64,000 bases of DNA from Candidatus Poribacteria bacterium (GTDB lineage Bacteria > Poribacteria > WGA-4E > PCPOR2b), in NCBI GenBank assembly GCA_965116925.1, contig OZ220744.1, forward strand, positions 5,120,001-5,184,000. The letters are read 5' to 3'. The position numbers and the translations under genes are program-made. The notes beneath the pieces are model-generated. The model had not been told where the DNA came from. It made no database searches and was given only the letters and a program-made list of their open reading frames with translations. Below are positions 39,804 through 51,322 of the stretch, one piece after another; the stretch's first letter is position 1; each line of letters begins with the position of its first letter.

Positions 39804-42800
39804 ATGACATTTCAAGAGATCATACTTGCTCTGGAGCGATTTTGGGCGGATTACGGCTGCACCATTCAGCAGCCGACCGATGTCGAAGTCGGTGCAGGAA
39901 CGTTCAATCCCGCCACCTTCCTACGCTGCCTCGGACCAGAACCGTGGCAAGTCGCTTACGTCGAACCCTCACGTCGCCCCGCCGACGGTCGGTACGGCGA
40001 AAACCCGTTTCGGCTTGGAGCTTACTATCAATATCAGGTGATACTTAAACCCGCACCGACAGACGTACTGCCGCTCTACCTTGAGAGTTTGCGGCATCTG
40101 GGAATCGACTCCCGCCAAAATGACTTCCGTTTCGTTGAAGACGATTGGGAGGCACCGACACTTGGGGGATCTGGCCTCGGTTGGGAAGTCTGGTGGAACG
40201 GTGCCGAAGTAACACAATTCACCTACTTCCAACAGATGGGTAGCATCGAGTTAGATCCAATCTGCGCTGAATTGACCTATGGGCTGGAACGCATCGCGCT
40301 CTATCTACAAGATGTCGGAAGCTTCTTCGACATCAAATGGAATGATCAACTATTCTACGGGGACGTGTATCACCAGAGCGAAGTGGAATTCTCCAAATAC
40401 CATTTTGAGAGTGCGGACGTTGAGACACTGTTTAACCTCTTCGATGCCTACGAAAAAGAGGCGTTCGCCTGCTTGGAATCCGATTTAATACTGCCGGCAA
40501 CGGACTATGTCCTCAAGTGTTCGCATACCTTCAACGTCCTTGATGCCCGCGGCGTCATCAGTGTGACGGAACGCGTGGGTTACATTGAGCGCGTCCGCCG
40601 CCTCGCACAACGGACAGCACGGGCTTATGTCGCGCAACGTGAGGAGATGGGGCATCCGCTGTTGAACCGTTGGAAACCCAAGGTGGATGAAGAAAAGGTT
40701 TTAGACCCTCGATCAGAGCCTGAGAAACCGGCAGAAGCACAAACAGAAAACAAAACATCTGCGGATTTCCTCCTAGAGATTGGAACGGAAGAGATCCCTG
40801 CGGGCTATATCCCACCGGTCTTAGATCAACTTCGAGAGATTGCTTCCCAATCGCTTACAGATGCTCGGCTTCCATTTGAAAATATCCGGACGCTAGCGAC
40901 CCCACGACGCCTAACCTTATCGGTTCAAGGACTAACAACCCTACAACCGGATCAGGTCACTGAGGTGAGCGGTCCTCCGAAGCGCGTCGCCTATGATGAG
41001 GACGGGAATCCCACTAAAGCGGCAATCGGTTTCGCAAAGGCACAAGGGGTCAACGTCGAAGATCTAAAAATCGTTGAAACACAACGTGGGGAATATGTCG
41101 CTGCGGACAAACTCGAAAAAGGTCAATCCGCCCACGATTTTCTCAAAACAGAGATCCCTGAGTGGATCCAATCCCTGAATTTCCCCAAAACAATGCGCTG
41201 GGATAAGTTGAGGTTTGCGCGTCCTATACGATGGTTAGTTGCTTTGCTGGGAGATGGGGCGGTGGATTTCCAACTGGACACTTTGCGCTCGGGCAGGCAG
41301 ACATACGGTCATCGATCGCTGAACCCGGAACCAATTGAGCTGCCTTCTGCCTCCCTCGGAGGCTATATTGAGCGTTTACGTGAGGTCAACGTGCTTGTCG
41401 ATCAGGAGGAACGGCGAAAGGAGATCGAGAACCAAGTCACAGACATCCTAAAAGCCGAAGGATGTTTGACCACGATTGATTCGGAATTGTTGGACACCGT
41501 CAATTTCCTTGTCGAAAATCCCCAAGCGATTACAGGTAGTTTCAGCGAATCTCATCTCTCTCTGCCGGCCGAAGTTCTGATTACCCCCATGAAGACACAA
41601 CAACGCTACTTTCCGATGTGGCAGGCTGATGGGAAGCTAGCGTCAAAGTTCATAACAATCTCCAACGGGACGGACGGCAACTTTGACGGCGTCCGCCACG
41701 GCAACGAGCGGGTCCTGCATGCCCGACTCAACGACGCAGCATTCTTCTACAACGAGGATCAGAAAACCTCGCTCGCAGATAAAGTAGATCGACTGCACAA
41801 TGTTATTTTTCAGGTGAAACTTGGCTCACTGCATGATAAAATCACCCGATTGAAGGAGCTTGCTACATTCATCGCAAAGGAAATTGGCGTTGATGAGAGT
41901 GCCACAGATCACATCATTCGAGCAGCGTCGCTTTGTAAAGCGGACCTGACAACGCAGATGGTAATTGAATTCCCATCCCTGCAAGGGGTTATGGGGAAAT
42001 ATTACGCCGAAAATTCCGGTGAACCCGCTGCAGTTGCGTCAGCGATTGAGGAACACTATCAACCTATCGCCGCTGACGCGCCTATCCCGCGCACCGACGT
42101 CGGGATAATCGTCGCACTCGCGGATAAAATCGACACCATTGTTGGATACTTCGGTATTAATGAGCGACCCACGGGTTCCCAAGATCCGTATTCACTCAGA
42201 CGACACGCAATCGGAACAATACGCATCCTCCACGAACGCAACCACCGCCTCTCACTGACTCCTGTCATTGAGAAAGCGATTGAACTATATCGAGTGGATC
42301 TCGTCGAAGATACAAAGACCGCTGTGCTTGATTTTATCAAAGGGCGAATGGAAGTGCTCCTGGCTGGACAAAGTTACATGCCCGACTTCAACTACGCTCC
42401 GGACCTTATTGATGCAGTCCTGGCAACAGACGAAGTGGATGTGATTGATATTCTAGAACGAGCGTCAGTCCTCAAAACTTTCTGTGAGCAACCGGACTTT
42501 GACAGGGTATATCCAGCACTGAACCGTGTTCTGAGAATTTTGCCAGACCAACCACCAACAAAAATTCAGGCCGACCTTTTTCAGGACGAGGCTGAAAAAC
42601 AGTTAGGAAAAGTTGTAGCTGCCGCAGAAGCGGAATTAAGCCGATCTGTTCAAAAGCGCGACTACGAGGAACTTCTTACCCGGCTTGGTGAACTCCAGCC
42701 CGCAATAGATCAGTTCTTCGATGATGTGATGGTCATGGCGGAAGATGCTACTATCCGATCTAATCGACTCGCGCTGCTGAACGCTATCGCCCAAAAGATA

Positions 42801-42845
42801 TACCCGCTTGCTGACCTGACAAAGTTAGTCATTGCAGGGAATTGA
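39804..42845 (+). CDS. glyQS: Glycine-tRNA ligase, fused alpha+beta subunits
   Basis: Alpha: [36 protein letters not shown]. After a linker, beta: [45 protein letters not shown]. Confidence 0.96.
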   Translation: MTFQEIILALERFWADYGCTIQQPTDVEVGAGTFNPATFLRCLGPEPWQVAYVEPSRRPADGRYGENPFRLGAYYQYQVILKPAPTDVLPLYLESLRHLGIDSRQNDFRFVEDDWEAPTLGGSGLGWEVWWNGAEVTQFTYFQQMGSIELDPICAELTYGLERIALYLQDVGSFFDIKWNDQLFYGDVYHQSEVEFSKYHFESADVETLFNLFDAYEKEAFACLESDLILPATDYVLKCSHTFNVLDARGVISVTERVGYIERVRRLAQRTARAYVAQREEMGHPLLNRWKPKVDEEKVLDPRSEPEKPAEAQTENKTSADFLLEIGTEEIPAGYIPPVLDQLREIASQSLTDARLPFENIRTLATPRRLTLSVQGLTTLQPDQVTEVSGPPKRVAYDEDGNPTKAAIGFAKAQGVNVEDLKIVETQRGEYVAADKLEKGQSAHDFLKTEIPEWIQSLNFPKTMRWDKLRFARPIRWLVALLGDGAVDFQLDTLRSGRQTYGHRSLNPEPIELPSASLGGYIERLREVNVLVDQEERRKEIENQVTDILKAEGCLTTIDSELLDTVNFLVENPQAITGSFSESHLSLPAEVLITPMKTQQRYFPMWQADGKLASKFITISNGTDGNFDGVRHGNERVLHARLNDAAFFYNEDQKTSLADKVDRLHNVIFQVKLGSLHDKITRLKELATFIAKEIGVDESATDHIIRAASLCKADLTTQMVIEFPSLQGVMGKYYAENSGEPAAVASAIEEHYQPIAADAPIPRTDVGIIVALADKIDTIVGYFGINERPTGSQDPYSLRRHAIGTIRILHERNHRLSLTPVIEKAIELYRVDLVEDTKTAVLDFIKGRMEVLLAGQSYMPDFNYAPDLIDAVLATDEVDVIDILERASVLKTFCEQPDFDRVYPALNRVLRILPDQPPTKIQADLFQDEAEKQLGKVVAAAEAELSRSVQKRDYEELLTRLGELQPAIDQFFDDVMVMAEDATIRSNRLALLNAIAQKIYPLADLTKLVIAGN

Positions 42846-42870
42846 ATCAATGGTTTATAATTCCCTGTAG

Positions 42871-42971
42871 ATAACTCCGACCTTTGCGAAGTTTCCAAAG
42901 TCCCCCTGATAAGGGGGATTTCGGGGGTTGGCTGTGCATTGGGAGTGTCTAAGTAATTCTAAAATCTACTA
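42871..42971. mobile_element. Family-B MITE right half
   Basis: Matches 7734-7821 including CCCCCTGATAAGGGGG and TAATTCTAAAATCTACTA. Confidence 0.7.
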
Positions 42972-43040
42972 AGGATGACTTTTGAAATGGACTCTTACGC
43001 ATTACAATACGCATTACGCATTAAAAAAAGGAGATCAAAA

Positions 43041-46000
43041 ATGAAGCAAAAATTAGTGCTGTTTATCGGTTTTGTACTAGCAATCGGTATTCTCACCGGC
43101 TGCGCGGAGAAGGAAGATAAAAACATTCTTGAAGCAAGGGTAGCCATTGCGAAAGCGGATTACGCCACCGCCCGAAGTGCTATAGAAACCGCGCCCGACC
43201 TTCCAGAAACGCGATCGCTGCGAGCGTTACTTCAGCTACATGCCGCTTCAGGGTGGAGTACTGATGCCGCTGCTTGGCACGGAACCATTCAAAAGGTTGT
43301 TGAGTATTTGCAGCCACTCAATAAAGATATAAAAACATTGGAGACGCAAGAGGATCCGGACTCCGATGATCTCGATCGCTTAGAACGCCTCATCCGGTCC
43401 AGAAATTCAATTGCCGGACTCCTTGCAACTGGACTCGCTGCAGCTGCTGAAAAAAGTGCCAATCTCCCCTCAGAACTGGTCAATCAGCCCGACTCTGCTG
43501 TCATCATAGGACTCTTGGAGGCTGAGAAATGCTTCGACCCGACCGCTAGCGGTGCAGCGATGACCCTAATTCACGAATTGGGTAATACACCAACAGTCTC
43601 GAATCTACTCATCACCGCAACGCAACACCCGGACGCCGACATTAGAAAGGGAGCCGTCAGGCATTTGGGGGATCTGGAAGACCCGAAACTAATTCCCACA
43701 TTTGAATCAATTCTGAAAAACAAGAACGAATCTCCTTATGTGCTTTACAACGTAATCGTTGCACTAGAGAGGCTTAGGGAGGAACCAATCGTGCCCGCCC
43801 TCAAGCTAGCGACGCAAACCAATGCCGGGCAGGTGCGGATGCATGCAGCAAAATTGATCGGGCAACTCAAAGCAGAGGAGGCAATCCCTTCACTGATTCA
43901 CCTGCTAGCGGACCTAGATGCAAATGTCAAAACCGCATCGATCAACGCACTGACGGAGATCGGTAACGTGTCTATCGCGCCTCTAATTGAAGTGCTCGAC
44001 TCCGGTGCCCAAAATGTCCTTCCAGATGAGAATTCGGTCGAGTTTCTCCAACTGACATCGGAGTACCAATACCTCGCAAACGCGTATATTGACACAACCC
44101 GGCGTAAAAATCATCGTATTAACACACAGGCTGCCGCAGCGCAAGCACTCGGCGCATTAAAAGCCGAAGAAGCAATTCCCCGCCTGATTAGCTTGCTTGA
44201 TAATGATGACCTCCGTGCGAGTGCAGGTGCGGCGTTACGGGCGATGAAAGGCGTTGCCATTCCGGGGCTCGTCGATGCCTTGAAAGATCCGAGAGATGAT
44301 GTCAGGATTCGGAGCGCAGAGGTGCTAGCGGGTATCACCGATTTGCGCTCGGTGGACGGCCTTAGTGAGGCGTTAATGACCGACCCGCGAAAAGATGTAA
44401 GAGCAGCGGCTGCCAAAACCCTTGGTGCCTTGAGAGGGCGCGGTACAAACAACATCGCACGCGATGCGCTGATTCAAGGACTGAAGTTGGATGACACAAC
44501 CGCTGCCAACGCTGCTACCGCGCTCGGTGAAATCCAAATTGGTACTGATGAAGCGATTCAAGAACTGATCACAATGGCGATGGACAAGCGAGGGCGTGAA
44601 ACCGTGCGAAGTGCTGCGCTATCTGCTTTAACTAGGCTCGCGGCCGCCCAAGCAGTACAACCGATGCTACTCCTAATGTTGAGCGATGAAACTAGCCCTG
44701 CCCTCCGCAAAGGGGCTGTGGCTGCTTTGGGAGAAATCAAGGCACCAGAATCTGTGCCCCCCCTTGTCTGGGTTTTGGGGACACGCTATGAAGATATCAA
44801 AGACTTCCAAAGACACCTGAAAAGGCAGTACAACACCCTCGCACGATTGAAGGAAGCGATCACGAACTTGGGAGTTGAGTGGACGGGTGAATACACACCA
44901 CCCGACTATCGAACGTGGGGCGAACTCAAACCAATTCCGAGCCTTGTTCGTAGTGAAGTCGCACTCTCACTCGGTAAAATCAAGGGCGATGCCGTTGTCG
45001 AGCCGCTAATTGATGCGCTCAAAGAAGATGAACGCGCTGCTGTCCGTAAGAGTGCTGCCTTCGCGCTAGGAGAGGTCAAAGGCGAAATAGTTGTTGATCC
45101 CCTAATTCAAGCACTCAGGGACGATAAACAAGGGATTGTACGTCAAGAAGCCGCCGTTGCTTTGGGTAAAATCAAAGGCGATAAAGTGGTAAATCCTTTA
45201 CTGACAACACTCAAAAGGGATAAATTTGAGGGTGCACGCAAACAAGCAGCCATCGCGCTACGCGAACTGCCCGCCGAACTTGCCGATGATGGACTGGTTG
45301 ATGTCCTAAAAAAGGGATGGGGAACGTTTGAAGAGAAAGAGGAAGTCCTATCTGTTCAGACTGAAGTGATTACCTCCTTAACCAAACTCGGCAGAGCGGT
45401 GACAGCGGAATCTATTATAAATGCCCTCAAATCTGTGGAGGACGACTGGACGCGATGGAAACTGGTGTTTGCGCTCGGACGGCTTGAGGAAAACGACGAT
45501 TCTCCTGTGGATGCAATAGCTACTGAGTTAGAACACCCAAACTATGTTGTTCGCAAAGAGGCAGTGCTTGGGCTTGGACTCAGCAAAGATCGGAAATCTC
45601 TCGAAGTATTGATCCAAATCCTTGAGGACAAAAACGAATACAAATCGATCCGGGCGAGTGCCGCAACAGCACTAGGTACACTACTCGATGAACGCGCAGC
45701 ACCACCACTCCTTGCTGCTCTGGATGGCAAGCATATTGAAATCCGAGCAAGTGCGGTCACTGCGTTAGGTGCTATCAGAGAAGCTAGGGCGGTCGATAAA
45801 CTCATTGAAATGTTTTACGCACCTCTGGAAGATAAAACGGTAAAAGCGGCTTGCGTAACCGCACTTGGATTAATCGGAGGCGAGAAAGCCGAAGCAGTGC
45901 TTCTTGACATTTTGGAGACAGATACGGAAAGAGGAGCTATTTTTACGAACGCGGTCACAGGACTCGGAGTGTTGAAGAGCACAAAGGCTGTGCCAGCACT

Positions 46001-46880
46001 GATTGAAATCCTCGAAGACCAAAGCCTAGAACTGGATGCCCGTTGGGATGCACTTGCGAAGCTTTCCGCTCGTGTAAAAGCCGCCATAGCACTTGCCAAC
46101 ATTAAAGACCAACGCGCCGCCGAAGCATTTGGAAGACGGCTCATTGACGAATCTGAATATGTCATTGCGATAGTAGACAAAGATGGCAAAAAAATTCCAA
46201 AACACAACTGGGGTTGGGAAAACTTTGTCATAGCTACAAAGCCGTTTCGGCTGCCTGCGTTTATTGTACCCAAGATGATTCAGCGAATTGAAGACCCACT
46301 GGAAGAGTGGCCCGTAAAAGCGTACGCTGCGAATGCTCTCGCAAAATCCGGTGACCCAGCGGTTATACCGAGAATCAGGGAACTACTCGCCGATCCAATC
46401 GTGCAGATTCGCCAACACACTGCACTTGGTGTTGGTGAAGGCAAGCTCAGTGAATTCAAGGACGATCTTATAAAAAAGATGCTCGGTGATGGCGAAGCCA
46501 ACGCTGACGTGCGACGGTGGGCAACACAAGGACTCGGCGATCTTGGTGATCCCTCCGTTGTACCAGCCCTTGCAGAGACACTCAACAATGATGTTAATGT
46601 TATCGCACTCCGTCAGGATGCAGCACTTGCCCTTGGGAAGATTGGAGATGATGCGGCGGTCGCTGCACTGTCCGCAAAGCTGGAAGCCCTTCAGGCGAGC
46701 CAGTCGGAGAAGAAGTTGCGGATCGACATCCTTAAAGCGCTTGGCGAAGCGAAAAGCCAAAAAGCCGTACCGGTGCTTAAGACCGCTCTGGAAGATTCGG
46801 ATGGTGACATCCACTTCTGGGCGGCGGATGCCCTGTATAAAATCACAGGCGATGGGCACGGATATCACCGTGTGGGCTAG
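43041..46880 (+). CDS. Large HEAT/PBS-repeat lipoprotein
   Basis: Lipobox LTGC; many VR..AA.ALG.I....AV..L...L.D repeats; AAGGAG RBS. Confidence 0.9.
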   Translation: MKQKLVLFIGFVLAIGILTGCAEKEDKNILEARVAIAKADYATARSAIETAPDLPETRSLRALLQLHAASGWSTDAAAWHGTIQKVVEYLQPLNKDIKTLETQEDPDSDDLDRLERLIRSRNSIAGLLATGLAAAAEKSANLPSELVNQPDSAVIIGLLEAEKCFDPTASGAAMTLIHELGNTPTVSNLLITATQHPDADIRKGAVRHLGDLEDPKLIPTFESILKNKNESPYVLYNVIVALERLREEPIVPALKLATQTNAGQVRMHAAKLIGQLKAEEAIPSLIHLLADLDANVKTASINALTEIGNVSIAPLIEVLDSGAQNVLPDENSVEFLQLTSEYQYLANAYIDTTRRKNHRINTQAAAAQALGALKAEEAIPRLISLLDNDDLRASAGAALRAMKGVAIPGLVDALKDPRDDVRIRSAEVLAGITDLRSVDGLSEALMTDPRKDVRAAAAKTLGALRGRGTNNIARDALIQGLKLDDTTAANAATALGEIQIGTDEAIQELITMAMDKRGRETVRSAALSALTRLAAAQAVQPMLLLMLSDETSPALRKGAVAALGEIKAPESVPPLVWVLGTRYEDIKDFQRHLKRQYNTLARLKEAITNLGVEWTGEYTPPDYRTWGELKPIPSLVRSEVALSLGKIKGDAVVEPLIDALKEDERAAVRKSAAFALGEVKGEIVVDPLIQALRDDKQGIVRQEAAVALGKIKGDKVVNPLLTTLKRDKFEGARKQAAIALRELPAELADDGLVDVLKKGWGTFEEKEEVLSVQTEVITSLTKLGRAVTAESIINALKSVEDDWTRWKLVFALGRLEENDDSPVDAIATELEHPNYVVRKEAVLGLGLSKDRKSLEVLIQILEDKNEYKSIRASAATALGTLLDERAAPPLLAALDGKHIEIRASAVTALGAIREARAVDKLIEMFYAPLEDKTVKAACVTALGLIGGEKAEAVLLDILETDTERGAIFTNAVTGLGVLKSTKAVPALIEILEDQSLELDARWDALAKLSARVKAAIALANIKDQRAAEAFGRRLIDESEYVIAIVDKDGKKIPKHNWGWENFVIATKPFRLPAFIVPKMIQRIEDPLEEWPVKAYAANALAKSGDPAVIPRIRELLADPIVQIRQHTALGVGEGKLSEFKDDLIKKMLGDGEANADVRRWATQGLGDLGDPSVVPALAETLNNDVNVIALRQDAALALGKIGDDAAVAALSAKLEALQASQSEKKLRIDILKALGEAKSQKAVPVLKTALEDSDGDIHFWAADALYKITGDGHGYHRVG

Positions 46881-47035
46881 GGTGTAATCTCGCTTTGCTT
46901 AAATAACCTAAGTTGCTAGGTTCTGTTGACATCTCATCGCAATTAGACCATCAAGAGGGAGCACAAACATATAATCCTTCGTAGGGGTTGGGTCTCCCAA
47001 CCCGTTGTTCACTCGTCAGAGACGATTGCAGTTTG

Positions 47036-47152
47036 ATGAAGTTTAAGTATTTAAATCGGTAATCCCTATTTTCCTCGAAACATACGGTAGGCGCGGTTTT
47101 CAACCGCGCCGGCGTCGCTAGCAAATTACCGAACTGCTTTTTTAATTTTCAT
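47036..47152. mobile_element. Family-C MITE in a REP-like palindrome
   Basis: Near-identical to 9254-9370; flanks GCAGTTTG|TTAACCGC. Confidence 0.85.
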
Positions 47153-47219
47153 TTAACCGCACCGGTTTGGCGTGTCCCATTAATTCTAAAATCTACTATA
47201 AATAGGAAAGAGCGAATGG

Positions 47220-47405
47220 GTGAACGTACATAACAATCCTCTTATTGAGGAGCTGCTGAGATCCAAAAAAGGATCCATATTCCGAGAGTTTCCACGTGAA
47301 TGGATAAACCGCCATTGGAATGAATTGGAGTGTGCCGCTCGTGCGGGGGACAAGAGTGCAAGGAAAGCCAAAAAGCTCTTAACAGACCGACGCTTCGCTA
47401 AATGA
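47220..47405 (+). CDS. Small basic protein resembling a polymorphic-toxin C-terminal tip
   Basis: KGSIFREFP.E......E..A..GDK.ARKAKKLLTD.RF.K, a pattern I associate with Rhs C-termini; GTG start with AGGA RBS. Confidence 0.5.
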   Translation: MNVHNNPLIEELLRSKKGSIFREFPREWINRHWNELECAARAGDKSARKAKKLLTDRRFAK

Positions 47406-47419
47406 ATTAAAGGTGAATC

Positions 47420-47989
47420 ATGTCCCAGCCAGATCTAAAAGAAAAAGACATTCCTATCACCGAGCTTGTTCATATATGGAAACACCGCGATCCCCTAGCA
47501 ATGATGCCGCCAGAAGAGTGGGAAACCGTAATCTCGCTTATCCAAAAATTGCTTCCTGAATATGCTGTGCGAGATTTTACGAACATAGAAAACGATCATT
47601 GTTACATAGTTGAAGTATTATTGCATCAAGGACAAACGGATTTTCTGGACGACGGTTTAGAACTTATAGCTCAGACCGGTGGGAAAACGCGTGTCTTACA
47701 AACTTTCGTCAGCCGAATTGCCCCTTCTTATTATTATTATGTGTGGGAAATGTTCACGAATGGTACTGATGAGGATTTGATGTTCGCATATCCCAAAAAA
47801 TCGCAGTTATCGCAGAAAGAAAGCCAAATTGCGTTCCTCATTGAGCAGCTGCTCAACAGTTTCGGTTACAAACTACTTCCTCTACGCACAGCAGCAACGA
47901 TTGTCCCAGAAATCGAGACAGAGTGCCTTGAGAAAGGTGAGGTAACAGTTTTTAATCTGCTATTCAGTGAACTGTTTTCTGTGCACTAG
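47420..47989 (+). CDS. Acidic hypothetical protein, putative cognate immunity protein
   Basis: AAGG RBS 14 bp after the toxin-like ORF; acidic and aromatic-rich; no recognised family. Confidence 0.55.
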   Translation: MSQPDLKEKDIPITELVHIWKHRDPLAMMPPEEWETVISLIQKLLPEYAVRDFTNIENDHCYIVEVLLHQGQTDFLDDGLELIAQTGGKTRVLQTFVSRIAPSYYYYVWEMFTNGTDEDLMFAYPKKSQLSQKESQIAFLIEQLLNSFGYKLLPLRTAATIVPEIETECLEKGEVTVFNLLFSELFSVH

Positions 47990-48036
47990 GCTATCTTGAT
48001 TTTGAATAACAATTCGGGTGGAGCAGCTCTGCGAAT

Positions 48037-48139
48037 TATAGTGAATTCAAAAAATAAAGAAACACTTGCGCCTCCCCGGTAGGTGCGGTTTGTAACCGCA
48101 CCGGTTTGGCGTGTCCCATTAATTCTAAAATCTACTATA
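48037..48139. mobile_element. Family-B MITE with GTAG REP hairpin
   Basis: TA-TAGTGAATTCAAAAAATAA...TTAATTCTAAAATCTACTA-TA; GTAGGTGCGGTTTGTAACCGCACC inside. Confidence 0.85.
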
Positions 48140-48234
48140 ATATTTCGCTTTGCTCAACTGACAGCCCAATCGAAGCACCACATCCATGCTATACTGTCGT
48201 GGTTCACTCAGATCAATGAAAGGAGGATAAACAG

Positions 48235-48750
48235 ATGAAATCAAACCCGAACCGACTCATTGACCATTTCTTTCAAATGCAGGAAGAGATTGACCGTCTT
48301 TTCGATGATTTTATGGAACCGTCCCAAGATTTAACAACTGAGACGGCGCATTGGCGACCGCCGATGGACATTTATGAGACGGTTGATAGTTTTGTTGTTA
48401 AAATTGAAATTGCAGGCATAGAACCGAACGAAGATCTTAAAATCCAACTGAATCGAAATGTCTTGACCCTCAAAGGATATCGACAAGAGCGAACTGCTCT
48501 AAAAAAAGAACACTACCATCAAGCTGAATTAAACTACGGCCCCTTTGAGCGATCGATTGTATTGCCGAATATCTTGGCGGATGATGTGGAGCCGGTCGCA
48601 AATTATACAAACGGCTTTCTTGAAATCCATATCCCAAAGGCGCGGGTAAATAAACCAAAAGAAATTGTCGTCCAAGCCAAGCAAGAGTTAGAGGTGGGAG
48701 CAACTGAAGACCCAGCACGAAAGGAGCTTGATGATGGCATCGAAAGATGA
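48235..48750 (+). CDS. Hsp20/alpha-crystallin small heat shock protein
   Basis: W.PPMDIYET, E..YG.FERSI.LP and A.Y.NG.LEI.IPK motifs. Confidence 0.93.
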   Translation: MKSNPNRLIDHFFQMQEEIDRLFDDFMEPSQDLTTETAHWRPPMDIYETVDSFVVKIEIAGIEPNEDLKIQLNRNVLTLKGYRQERTALKKEHYHQAELNYGPFERSIVLPNILADDVEPVANYTNGFLEIHIPKARVNKPKEIVVQAKQELEVGATEDPARKELDDGIER

Positions 48751-51115
48751 AAACAGACAAGAAACGAACGTTGAAGAACCGAAAGAACTGCCAATTATTC
48801 CTGTCCCGGGCGATCTAGTTATCTTTCCGTATATGCCGCCGGTGCCCCCGTTTCCGCCGCATCACGTTGTGTTATCGGGAGAGAGTATCACGGCGGCTGT
48901 CGATGAAGCCCTGATCGATGGCTCACGGCTGCTCTGTATCTTTAAACTTCAATCGGAGGAAGACAAACCGGCGTTGACGGTTAAAGATTTTAATCCTGTT
49001 GGAACACAGATTTACATCATTAAGTGTCGCAAAGAGGATGAAAATGTCCTGTTCCTTGCACAAGGGCGTGCAAGGGTCCAGATTGAAGAAATTACGCAGA
49101 CCGATCCATTCGTCAAAGGGCGTGTGCAGATCGTTGAAGACAAAGAGGAGGAAACAACTGTTGAAGTAGAAGCGCTGATGCGCAGTGCTACCTCTCTATT
49201 TCAGAGGATCGTTGAGCTTTCGTCACGATATCAGGAAGAATTCAGCATTATCGCAGACAATATTGAAGAACCGGGGCGGCTCGCAGATTATATCGCCGCA
49301 ACGCTCGATCTCAAGCCTGAAGATAAACAGATACTCTTGGAGACCATCTCTCCTACGGATCGGTTAGCTCAGTTAATCGTCTCGCTCACTAAAGAGCTAG
49401 ATCTGCTGGAACTGGAAAGCAAGATTCAATCGGATGCCCAAGGTGTGATTAACCAAGGGCAGCGAGAATACTTCCTCCGTGAACAGATGAAAGCTATCCA
49501 AAAAGAGCTCGGTGAAGCTGATGATCTGTTGCTAGAGGTTGAGGAGATGCGTGAACAGATTGAAAAGGCAAATATGCCCGAAAAGGTACACGCCATCGCA
49601 GAAAAAGAACTCAATCGCCTCTCCAAAATGCACTCAGCCTCCCCAGAGTCAACCGTGTCGCGAAATTATCTCGATTGGCTCATCAATCTGCCTTGGGATG
49701 TCAGCACACAAGATCACCTTGATATTGCTCACGCGAAGCAGATCCTTGATGAAGATCACTATGATCTCGAAAAGGTCAAAGACCGGATTCTGGAATACCT
49801 TGCGGTGCGGATGCTCAAGGAAGATATGAAGGGGCCCATCCTCTGCTTTGTGGGACCGCCGGGAGTCGGCAAAACCTCGTTGGGGGCGTCAATCGCCAGA
49901 GCGATGGAGCGAAAATTTGTTAGAATCTCACTCGGTGGGGTTCACGATGAAGCAGAAATCCGAGGACATCGACGCACATACATCGGCTCAATGCCGGGGC
50001 GTATTGTAAAAAGTCTGCGTCAGGTAGGATCCAATAACCCGATTTTTATGTTAGACGAAATTGATAAACTCGGTTCAGATTTTCGCGGCGACCCCGCTGC
50101 TGCCCTGCTTGAGGTGCTCGATCCAGAGCAGAATTCTGACTTCGTGGACAACTACCTTGAGGTCGCCTTCGATCTCTCGAAGGTCATGTTCATTACCACA
50201 GCTAATCAGCTGCACACCATTCCTCCGGCTCTGCTTGACCGTCTCGAAATCCTCGAACTCCCCGGCTATACCGCCAACGAGAAACTGATGATCGCCAAGC
50301 AATACCTCATCCCGCGCCAACTCGAAACGCACGGCATTGGAGAGGACGCGCTTTCAATTGCGGATGACGCGATTCATCAGGTAATTGACAAATACACCCG
50401 TGAAGCAGGGGTCCGAAATCTTGAACGTGAGATGGGGACCATCTGCCGAAAGGTTGCTCGCCAGATCGCCGAGGGAAAAGAGACACCGACCGGTGTGACC
50501 AGCGATGATGTGCCGGATTATCTAGGACCAATCAAATTCTTCTCGGAAATTGCTGAACGGAAGGAGGAGATTGGGGTGGTCACCGGTATGTCCGCCACCG
50601 CTTATGGGGGCGAGATCCTGTTCATAGAAGCGACTAGCATGGCTGGTGAGGGAAAGTTACTTCTCACGGGTCAACTTGGCGATGTGATGCAGGAATCCGC
50701 CCAAGCCGCGCTGAGTTATGTCAAATCTCAGTCAGAGGTGTTACATTTCGACCCGGATTTCTTCCAAAAGCACGACATCCACGTGCATGTGCCAGCCGGG
50801 GCAAGTCCGAAAGATGGTCCCTCCGCCGGTATCACCATCGCGACAGCACTCGCTTCTCTAGCGACGAGGCACAGCGTCATCCCTGAAGTTGCTATGACCG
50901 GCGAAATTACGCTGCGGGGGCGTGTGCTACCGATTGGTGGCTTAAAAGAGAAAACCCTCGCTGCCAAACAGGCGGGGATTAAGACTGTTATCCTGCCTGA
51001 ACGCAACCAGAAAGATCTCGTTGAGGTGCCCGACGATGCGAAGAAGGGACTGGAGTTCATATTTGTTGATCACGTGGATGAAGTCCTTGATCGAGCACTC
51101 AAACCGGAAAACTAG
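48728..51115 (+). CDS. lon: ATP-dependent Lon protease
   Basis: [32 protein letters not shown] and GGLKEK motifs. Confidence 0.97.
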   Translation: MMMASKDENRQETNVEEPKELPIIPVPGDLVIFPYMPPVPPFPPHHVVLSGESITAAVDEALIDGSRLLCIFKLQSEEDKPALTVKDFNPVGTQIYIIKCRKEDENVLFLAQGRARVQIEEITQTDPFVKGRVQIVEDKEEETTVEVEALMRSATSLFQRIVELSSRYQEEFSIIADNIEEPGRLADYIAATLDLKPEDKQILLETISPTDRLAQLIVSLTKELDLLELESKIQSDAQGVINQGQREYFLREQMKAIQKELGEADDLLLEVEEMREQIEKANMPEKVHAIAEKELNRLSKMHSASPESTVSRNYLDWLINLPWDVSTQDHLDIAHAKQILDEDHYDLEKVKDRILEYLAVRMLKEDMKGPILCFVGPPGVGKTSLGASIARAMERKFVRISLGGVHDEAEIRGHRRTYIGSMPGRIVKSLRQVGSNNPIFMLDEIDKLGSDFRGDPAAALLEVLDPEQNSDFVDNYLEVAFDLSKVMFITTANQLHTIPPALLDRLEILELPGYTANEKLMIAKQYLIPRQLETHGIGEDALSIADDAIHQVIDKYTREAGVRNLEREMGTICRKVARQIAEGKETPTGVTSDDVPDYLGPIKFFSEIAERKEEIGVVTGMSATAYGGEILFIEATSMAGEGKLLLTGQLGDVMQESAQAALSYVKSQSEVLHFDPDFFQKHDIHVHVPAGASPKDGPSAGITIATALASLATRHSVIPEVAMTGEITLRGRVLPIGGLKEKTLAAKQAGIKTVILPERNQKDLVEVPDDAKKGLEFIFVDHVDEVLDRALKPEN

Positions 51116-51170
51116 ATTCTGTTAACATTTATCTGAAGTGTGTCTGTAATTCGCCAATAAATGCTTAGTC

Positions 51171-51259
51171 GTAGGGGCGAGGTCCCCTCGCCCAATGGGT
51201 TAGGAAACCCAACCCCTACAGGAGTTGACCAAATGTAGGGGCAACCCTTGTGGTTGCCC
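51171..51259. repeat. GTAG-type REP-like hairpins
   Basis: GTAGGGGCGAGGTCCCCTCGCCC...CCCCTAC and GTAGGGGCAACCCTTGTGGTTGCCC; similar hairpins at 46981 and 60628. Confidence 0.75.
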
Positions 51260-51322
51260 AAAATACGGCTTGTTTTCAGATGTTGCCAACAAATCTCTCA
51301 ACCAAATAAAGGAGAATTCCTT

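Noticed and set aside
47154..48140. Integron attC-bounded cassette
   Set aside because: The repeats are IS630-type MITE ends without RYYYAAC/GTTRRRY boxes, and no integron integrase is present.
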